Below, one piece after another: positions 37,855 to 42,817 of a stretch of 42,817 nucleotides of DNA. Location: assembly GCA_964403735.1 (NCBI GenBank), contig CAYOHN010000001.1:1-42817 (forward strand). Direction: 5' to 3'. A program made the position numbers and the translations under genes. Below the pieces are notes generated by a model. That model had not been told where the DNA came from, did not search any database, and saw only the letters and a list, made by a program, of their open reading frames with translations. The DNA comes from an uncultured Spirochaetales bacterium (GTDB taxonomy: Bacteria > Myxococcota_A > UBA9160 > PR03). Each line of letters begins with the position of its first letter. The stretch's first letter is position 1.

Positions 37855-38742
37855 TCAGCGGATCGCGCGGCTCGAGAGGACGCGGGCCACTTCGTTCCCT
37901 TCGTCGTCGGTCGTCGAGAGGATCGTGACGTTGACGCTTTCCGGATCGAGGACCTGACTTCCCCCGTCGACGAGCGAAAATGACACCGCAACCTCTTGGA
38001 AATCCCCGCGGCCCAGCACGGCAACGGACGCGCGCCCAGGCGCCGTCTCCTCCCACCAGGAAACCTTCTGCCTCGTCCGAGACCCGGGCGACGCCGTCAC
38101 GTCCTCGATCTCGATCACGCCGGGGGGATAGTCCAGGTCCAGCTCGAGCGCGGAGACGGGGCTGTCGAGTCGCAGGATCAGCTGCGGATGCTGCTCCAAC
38201 AACAGCTTCGCGAGTTCGAGGGTGTCGAAGAAATTGCCGTTGATGATCGCTCTCCATGGCGTCGGCGCGCCGACTGAATCGACCGTCGCGTCGCAGTCGA
38301 AGTCGAGCTCGTGCGGGAGGATCGAGAGCACGCCGTCGTACGGAATCTCCTCCTCCTGCTCGAACCCGGCCGTGTCCCGGAAGCGGCGAAGGACCTCGAT
38401 CGAGTACGTGCCGCTGTCCACATCCTGAGGAACGTCGACGAGCGAGACGATCTGCACGTCCCCGCCGATGAGATTGGAGGGAAAGCCCACTTGAATCGAC
38501 GACGTCGCCCGCGTGAGCAGCTCGGTTTCGGTCCCGCGCAGCCGGTAGACCAGCTCGCCGCGCTGCGGATCTTCCACCAGGTCGCTCCCGAACCCGATGA
38601 CGGGCATGCCGCTGGTCTGATCTCCCGTGAGTGGGATGATCACGCTTGCTCCCGCCTGCGCTTGCAAGGGGACTGGAGGGCCGCCACAAGCAATCATCGA
38701 TGTCACGAAGACAGCGAGCAGTCCTAGGGGAAACCAGCGCAT
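37855..38742 (-). CDS. Hypothetical lipoprotein
   Basis: MRWFPLGLLAVFVTSMIAC has a lipobox-like MIAC. AAGAGGAGAG lies just upstream of ATG 38742. No family recognised. Confidence 0.75.
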   Translation of the reverse strand: MRWFPLGLLAVFVTSMIACGGPPVPLQAQAGASVIIPLTGDQTSGMPVIGFGSDLVEDPQRGELVYRLRGTETELLTRATSSIQVGFPSNLIGGDVQIVSLVDVPQDVDSGTYSIEVLRRFRDTAGFEQEEEIPYDGVLSILPHELDFDCDATVDSVGAPTPWRAIINGNFFDTLELAKLLLEQHPQLILRLDSPVSALELDLDYPPGVIEIEDVTASPGSRTRQKVSWWEETAPGRASVAVLGRGDFQEVAVSFSLVDGGSQVLDPESVNVTILSTTDDEGNEVARVLSSRAIR

Positions 38743-38839
38743 CGTTCTCTCCTCTTGCCGGCCGCGAGTGCTCGATCCGCGGCCCGACGTTTCTTGTCAC
38801 TTTCGTGCGACGCATTCTCGTCGCTACCACGCGCTTGCC

Positions 38840-40350
38840 TCACGGTGCGCCCGTGGCTGCGCGCGCCCGGCCGAGAATCCGCATCGCGTCGCCGATCGTA
38901 ATGCTTCCGTCCTCGTCCTCGTCGGCGCCGAGCTCGGCGATCGTCCGGTTCTGGCCGGTGAGTGCTGGGAGCACGCTGGGATCGCGCGTGATTCGCAGGC
39001 TCACCAGCGCGTCGGCCGCTCCGATCCGGCCATTGGGCCGCCCGAGCGGCGCCACGTCGCCGGGCTTGCCGGGGTGGTCGAGGGGGTTCAGCGGATCCGT
39101 GCCGAAGTTCGCCTCGCCGTCGGCGAAGCCGTCCCTGTCGAGGTCCCAAGCAGCGGGCAGCCGCGCCAGCGTTACGAGACCGCCAAAGCCGTCGATGAAG
39201 CGATCGCCGTCGCTGTCGACGCCGAGCGAGTCGAGCGCCACCGAGATCTCGAACGCATCCGGGAGGCCATCGCCGTCGTCGTCGTCGTCGCGCGCGTCGC
39301 CGACGCCGTTGCCGTCCGTGTCGACGATCTCGGCCGCGTCTAGGTGGAACGCGTCGAACCCGTTCACGACGCCATCCCCGTCGGCATCCGGGTCGAAGTT
39401 GTCGTCTACGCCGTCGAGGTCCCGATCGATCAGGAACGCCGACGCCACCGCCGGCGCCCCCGGCGTCGTCACCAGCGCGCGCAGCGCCAGCGCCACGATC
39501 AGCGGATCGCCGTCCCAGACGAGGCCCGCGAGGAAGCGCCCGTCGCGCAGCAGCTCGTTCTGGAACCCGACGTTCGCGCGCCCACTCCGGTGCAGCGCCG
39601 CCAGCCGCGCCGCCAGCTCGAGCGTCGGCGTCGCCGCCGTGATCGCGCTCTCGAGCAGCCCGAGGCTCGGTGCCAGCGAGGCGGGGCTCGCCTTGTCGAC
39701 GAGCGCCCGAACGATCTCCGCCGTCGTCGCGAGGTCGCTGGAGCCCGCGCTCGACGGAATCCCGTCCCCGGACCAGCCGCCATCCGCGCGCCGGCGCAGG
39801 ATCACCGAGCCGGCCAGCATCCCGAGCTCCGGCTGCGGCGGAAGCTGCTGCGCCACGCCGAGCGCATCGAGCGCCAACGCCGTGTCGTACGCACTCGGCC
39901 CCGCCGGTCCGACGAGACCCCAGCCGGCGGTCCCGTTGCGCAGCCCCGCGAGCGCCTCCGCCTCGACGTCCGCCGACACCCCCGCCGCTTCGAGCGCCCG
40001 CACCCGCCGCGCCTGGAAGTCCACCGCAGCCAGCTCCTGCTGCCGAAGCCACGCGATCCCGCGCCGCACCACCACCCCGTTGCGCTCGGCCCCCTGGAGC
40101 GAGAGCGCCGCAATCACCTCCGCCGTCACCAGCGGCCGCGTCGGACCCGACCCCCAAGACCCATCCCCGTTCTGCGCCCGCCCGAACCAAATCACCGCAT
40201 CCCGCACCGCCTGCTCCCGGGGCTTGGCCTCGGCGGCGGGCGCCAAGGCGGCGAGCACCAAGAGGGCCGCGGCGGACGCTGCCAGTAACACCACAACGAG
40301 ACAGCGCGGGCTCGTGCGGCTCGTGAATCGTTCCTGGCTTTGGTCCGGCA
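38840..40350 (-). CDS. Secreted protein: prenyltransferase/terpene-cyclase-like repeats + thrombospondin type-3-like Ca-binding repeats + dockerin-like pair
   Basis: Signal/TM VVVLLAASAAALLVLAALAPAAEA. QNGDGSWG and ADGGWSG repeats. DRDLDGVDDNFDPDADGDGVVNGFD, DTDGNGVGDARDDDDDGDGLPD, DSDGDRFIDGF, DLDRDGFADGE. C-terminal GDVAPLGRPNGRIGAADALVSL and DEDGSITIGDAMRIL. ATG 40350 (MPDQSQE). Confidence 0.75.
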
Positions 40351-40359
40351 TCTTGATCT

Positions 40360-41340
40360 CCTCATCGCCCCGGTCGATCCTCACTGCCTGTCTCGCCAGC
40401 CTTGATCTCTCTCGACCGTCTCGGGTTCTTCCTGACACTTCCGTTCCTCTGTTCTCGCGACCCGATATCCGTTCGAAAATTTTCTTGCGTACCACCGGAG
40501 AACTGCACTGTCGCCGCCAATCCAATCTGGCGCCTTCTTCTCGAAGAGTCGCGGACTGTTTGCGCCGCTCGTCTGCAGGCGAAACCTCGCGTCGCGGGCG
40601 ACTCCGATGACAGAGAACAGATCTCGGACAGTGCTCGCCACGACAGCGCCAGACGCTTCATTCCAGATCGAATCGACGCTGAATTGCACCCGAAGAATCA
40701 CGTTCTTGCGATCAGCCGGCTCGCAATAGGAAAGATTCCTCCCTTCAAAGAACTCAGATATCACGCCACGCATCTGTTCGGACCAGCTTGTGCGGGGAAT
40801 GTCCAAGAAGAGCCGACAGCGATCCTCGGAGCCTCCTTCTGCTCGTTCAATGCGAATCATTGCCCGTGACTCTGGATGCCGAATCGTTACCGTTCCCCCG
40901 TTTTCCTTCACGGTAATAAGGCAGTGAACCCAATAGGAGAAATCCTCAGCACTCACGAATCCGATCAGATACCTGCGAACGCGCTGAAACAGCCATCCCG
41001 CACCCAGAAGTAGAAGTACGAAGGCAACTAGCCGCATCAGTCGAACCGATCAAGCAGAACCGGGATTGTCTCGTCAAACGTGGATATGAGTCCCGATATC
41101 TGACCGACTCGGAACCCGACTACGCCCGCCGGAGATCGGGTTACGGACTGGCCGCCAAGGTTGAACGACGCACCGTCGTCGAACCCCTTCTGAAAGTTGA
41201 AGCCGAACTCACTGAGTGCAGCCTGCCTCGACGGATCCCTCACGAACTGCGAAACACGGTTGGCCCCAGCCACCGCCGTGGCCAAAGCAACGTTACGGTT
41301 TACGACGAATCTCGCCCCGACCTGAGTCAGAAGGTTGTTG
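40360..41340. other. Low-GC tract covering the immunity-like ORF and the last ~100 codons of the Rhs gene
   Basis: Hand counts of G+C per 60 nt: 32 (40441-40500), 30 (40681-40740), 32 (41281-41340). Compare 42 (41341-41400) and 47 (39001-39060). Confidence 0.7.
40381..41037 (-). CDS. Putative cognate immunity protein of the Rhs C-terminal toxin (N-terminal TM anchor)
   Basis: 218-aa ORF whose ATG (41037-41035) overlaps the Rhs stop (41039-41037) as ATGA. N-terminal helix MRLVAFVLLLLGAGWLF. Low GC. No family recognised. The function is inferred from position only. Confidence 0.55.
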   Translation of the reverse strand: MRLVAFVLLLLGAGWLFQRVRRYLIGFVSAEDFSYWVHCLITVKENGGTVTIRHPESRAMIRIERAEGGSEDRCRLFLDIPRTSWSEQMRGVISEFFEGRNLSYCEPADRKNVILRVQFSVDSIWNEASGAVVASTVRDLFSVIGVARDARFRLQTSGANSPRLFEKKAPDWIGGDSAVLRWYARKFSNGYRVARTEERKCQEEPETVERDQGWRDRQ

Positions 41341-42817
41341 ACACCCGTCGACGTGACCGCGCCGGCAAGAGGGGCGAGCACGGGAAGGTTCGAAGCCTGG
41401 AACGCCGCGAACGCGGCCGGGGTTCCGGCGAGGCCGAGCGGCGCCGCGACCACCGCGGCTGAGTTCACCGGGTTGAAGTTGCACCTGCGGGCGCCGCACG
41501 GCCGCTGGGGGTCGAGCAGTGCGACGGGGTTCGGGTCGAACTGCGGCCTCGAGAAACCTGATCCCGCGCCGCTTCCGAGACCTCCTACCGTCGACGGTGC
41601 ACCAGAGGCCAAGCTGATGCTGCTCGATCCTCCGAACCCGCTCCCACCCGCCGGGAACGAGAACCCGAAGTCCCCCGCGATCGAGAACGGATCGAGCCCG
41701 GTCGGGTCGACGAAGCGGTAGGGGTTGTTCGCCGCGTACGCGTACGTCGCCACCGCCGCGATCCCAAGTGGGTCGGGCTGGAGGAAGGCGCCGATCCGCG
41801 GGTCGTAGTGGCGGGCGCCCATGTGGACGAGGCCGCTCGCGCCCTCGCTGAGCATGCCGGCGAAGCGGCGCTCGGTCGGGGCGCTGCCGCTCGCTTGGAT
41901 CTGCTCGCCGAACGCCGCGTAGCGGACACTCGCGCGCGTCGTCGCGAGCGCGCCGCCGGGTGCGGCGTCGACGCGCGCCATGCGCACGACGTTCCCCGCG
42001 GCGTCGCCGAGCAGGCTCCACAGCACCGGCGCCTGCGCCGACGGGCCCGCCGACACCTCCGCCACCACGCCCCCGGGTCCGGGGCCCGGGATCCAGCGCA
42101 CCGTCTCGGCCGCCTGGCCCTGCGCGTCGACGCCGCGCAGCTCCATGAGGCCCGCGAGGAACAGCGTCGTCTCGCTCGCCGCCGAGGCCGTCAGCCACTC
42201 GGTGCGCCGGATCCGGTTGCCCAGCGGGTCGTACTCGAGGGTCAGTCGATAGCCCGTCGTGAGATTGAGCACCGCCGTGAGGCGCCCGAGGCCGTCGTAG
42301 GCGTAGCCGGTGAAGACGTTGGCGGCCACATCGACCTTCACTTGGCGGCGGCCGGCGGAGTCGTAGCTGAACTGCTCCTCGACCACGTCGTCCGAGACCC
42401 GCCGCGTCTCCTCGAGCTCGTCGGCGGCGTCGACGACGAAGCGGCGGTTGAAGCCCCTCTTGTGGCGCGTGCGGTTGCCGTCGCGGTCGTAGTCGAACTC
42501 TTCGTTCGGGCCGGTCTGGTACGTGGCCCCCTTGACTCGGCTGCGCCCGTCGAACACCGGCCGGGTGATGCCTTCCGGGAAGTCGATGCGGAGGGGATTG
42601 CCCAGCTCGTCGTAGTTGTTGTAGTCCACCGTCTCGTCCGCAAGCCCCGGATACGAGTACGCGATGTCGTCGACCCAGCCCTCCGGCCGATACGTCGTCG
42701 CCGCCCGCACGCCGCGCGGATCGAGCCGATCCGCCAGCCGGCCCGCCCCGTCCCACGCGAAGCCCCACGACCACATCCGGTCCTGGCCGGGGGCGGCGAA
42801 GGTGCCGGTGTCGTGGA
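41037..42817 (-). CDS. Rhs/YD-repeat protein, C-terminal part (N-terminus beyond the right edge), with an unassigned C-terminal toxin tip
   Basis: YD-type repeats (YDELGNPL, YDRDGNR, YDSAGRR, YDGLGRL, YDPLGNR). Core end GARHYDPRIGAFLQPDPLG ... NNPYRFVDPTGL. The reading frame stays open upstream of listed M1 to position 42817. Confidence 0.9.
   Translation of the reverse strand, partial: HDTGTFAAPGQDRMWSWGFAWDGAGRLADRLDPRGVRAATTYRPEGWVDDIAYSYPGLADETVDYNNYDELGNPLRIDFPEGITRPVFDGRSRVKGATYQTGPNEEFDYDRDGNRTRHKRGFNRRFVVDAADELEETRRVSDDVVEEQFSYDSAGRRQVKVDVAANVFTGYAYDGLGRLTAVLNLTTGYRLTLEYDPLGNRIRRTEWLTASAASETTLFLAGLMELRGVDAQGQAAETVRWIPGPGPGGVVAEVSAGPSAQAPVLWSLLGDAAGNVVRMARVDAAPGGALATTRASVRYAAFGEQIQASGSAPTERRFAGMLSEGASGLVHMGARHYDPRIGAFLQPDPLGIAAVATYAYAANNPYRFVDPTGLDPFSIAGDFGFSFPAGGSGFGGSSSISLASGAPSTVGGLGSGAGSGFSRPQFDPNPVALLDPQRPCGARRCNFNPVNSAAVVAAPLGLAGTPAAFAAFQASNLPVLAPLAGAVTSTGVNNLLTQVGARFVVNRNVALATAVAGANRVSQFVRDPSRQAALSEFGFNFQKGFDDGASFNLGGQSVTRSPAGVVGFRVGQISGLISTFDETIPVLLDRFD

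Noticed and set aside
38743-38839. Sigma-54-like TGGTAGCGACGAGAATGC on the minus strand upstream of the lipoprotein gene
   Set aside because: The GG-to-GC spacing is not N10 and the TTGC core is absent.

Overview
High-GC bacterial chromosomal segment. Sampled 60-nt lines give 42-47 G+C, against 30-37 in two local dips. It is probably a whole contig, because both ends cut genes: pgeF on the left and an Rhs gene on the right. I can support 38 protein-coding genes. I found no rRNA, tRNA, CRISPR array, transposase or integrase. All domain calls are by eye from the translations; no HMM or database search was possible.

Layout:
- 1-15.9 kb is ordinary housekeeping. It holds a minus-strand operon selA-HNH-ParA-like-J/HTH-rluD-pgeF, then rng-rplU-rpmA-obg-proB-proA-nadD-rsfS-gpmI-comF, mostly joined by 4-nt start/stop overlaps.
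- 15.9-25.5 kb is a minus-strand run with a redox and signalling flavour. It contains a PAS-HisKA-REC protein with no ATPase domain, a glutaredoxin-thioredoxin reductase fusion, an orphan 6-TM protein, a REC-PAS regulator, a DUF1232 protein, a plant-type glutamate-cysteine ligase and an M23 peptidase.
- 25.7-31.8 kb holds an M20 peptidase and a coupled operon: tandem ThyX-like, secreted unknown, GNAT, aminotransferase.
- 31.9-37.8 kb is a sigma-54 module. Consensus -24/-12 promoters precede a degenerate EBP-histidine kinase fusion plus an NtrC-type activator. A second consensus promoter, with upstream GGAAC/GTTCC palindromes, precedes a REC-HD-GYP gene overlapping a PilZ-like gene.
- 37.8-42.8 kb is accessory. 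An Rhs gene ends in an unassigned C-terminal tip and overlaps a membrane-anchored ORF on a low-GC cassette. A secreted TSP3/dockerin-like protein and a lipoprotein follow.

Best candidates for something undescribed:
- the Rhs tip/immunity cassette and its co-oriented secreted partners;
- the pseudo-EBP-kinase / NtrC / HD-GYP-PilZ sigma-54 circuit;
- the DUF1232 / REC-PAS / 6-TM orphan cluster.
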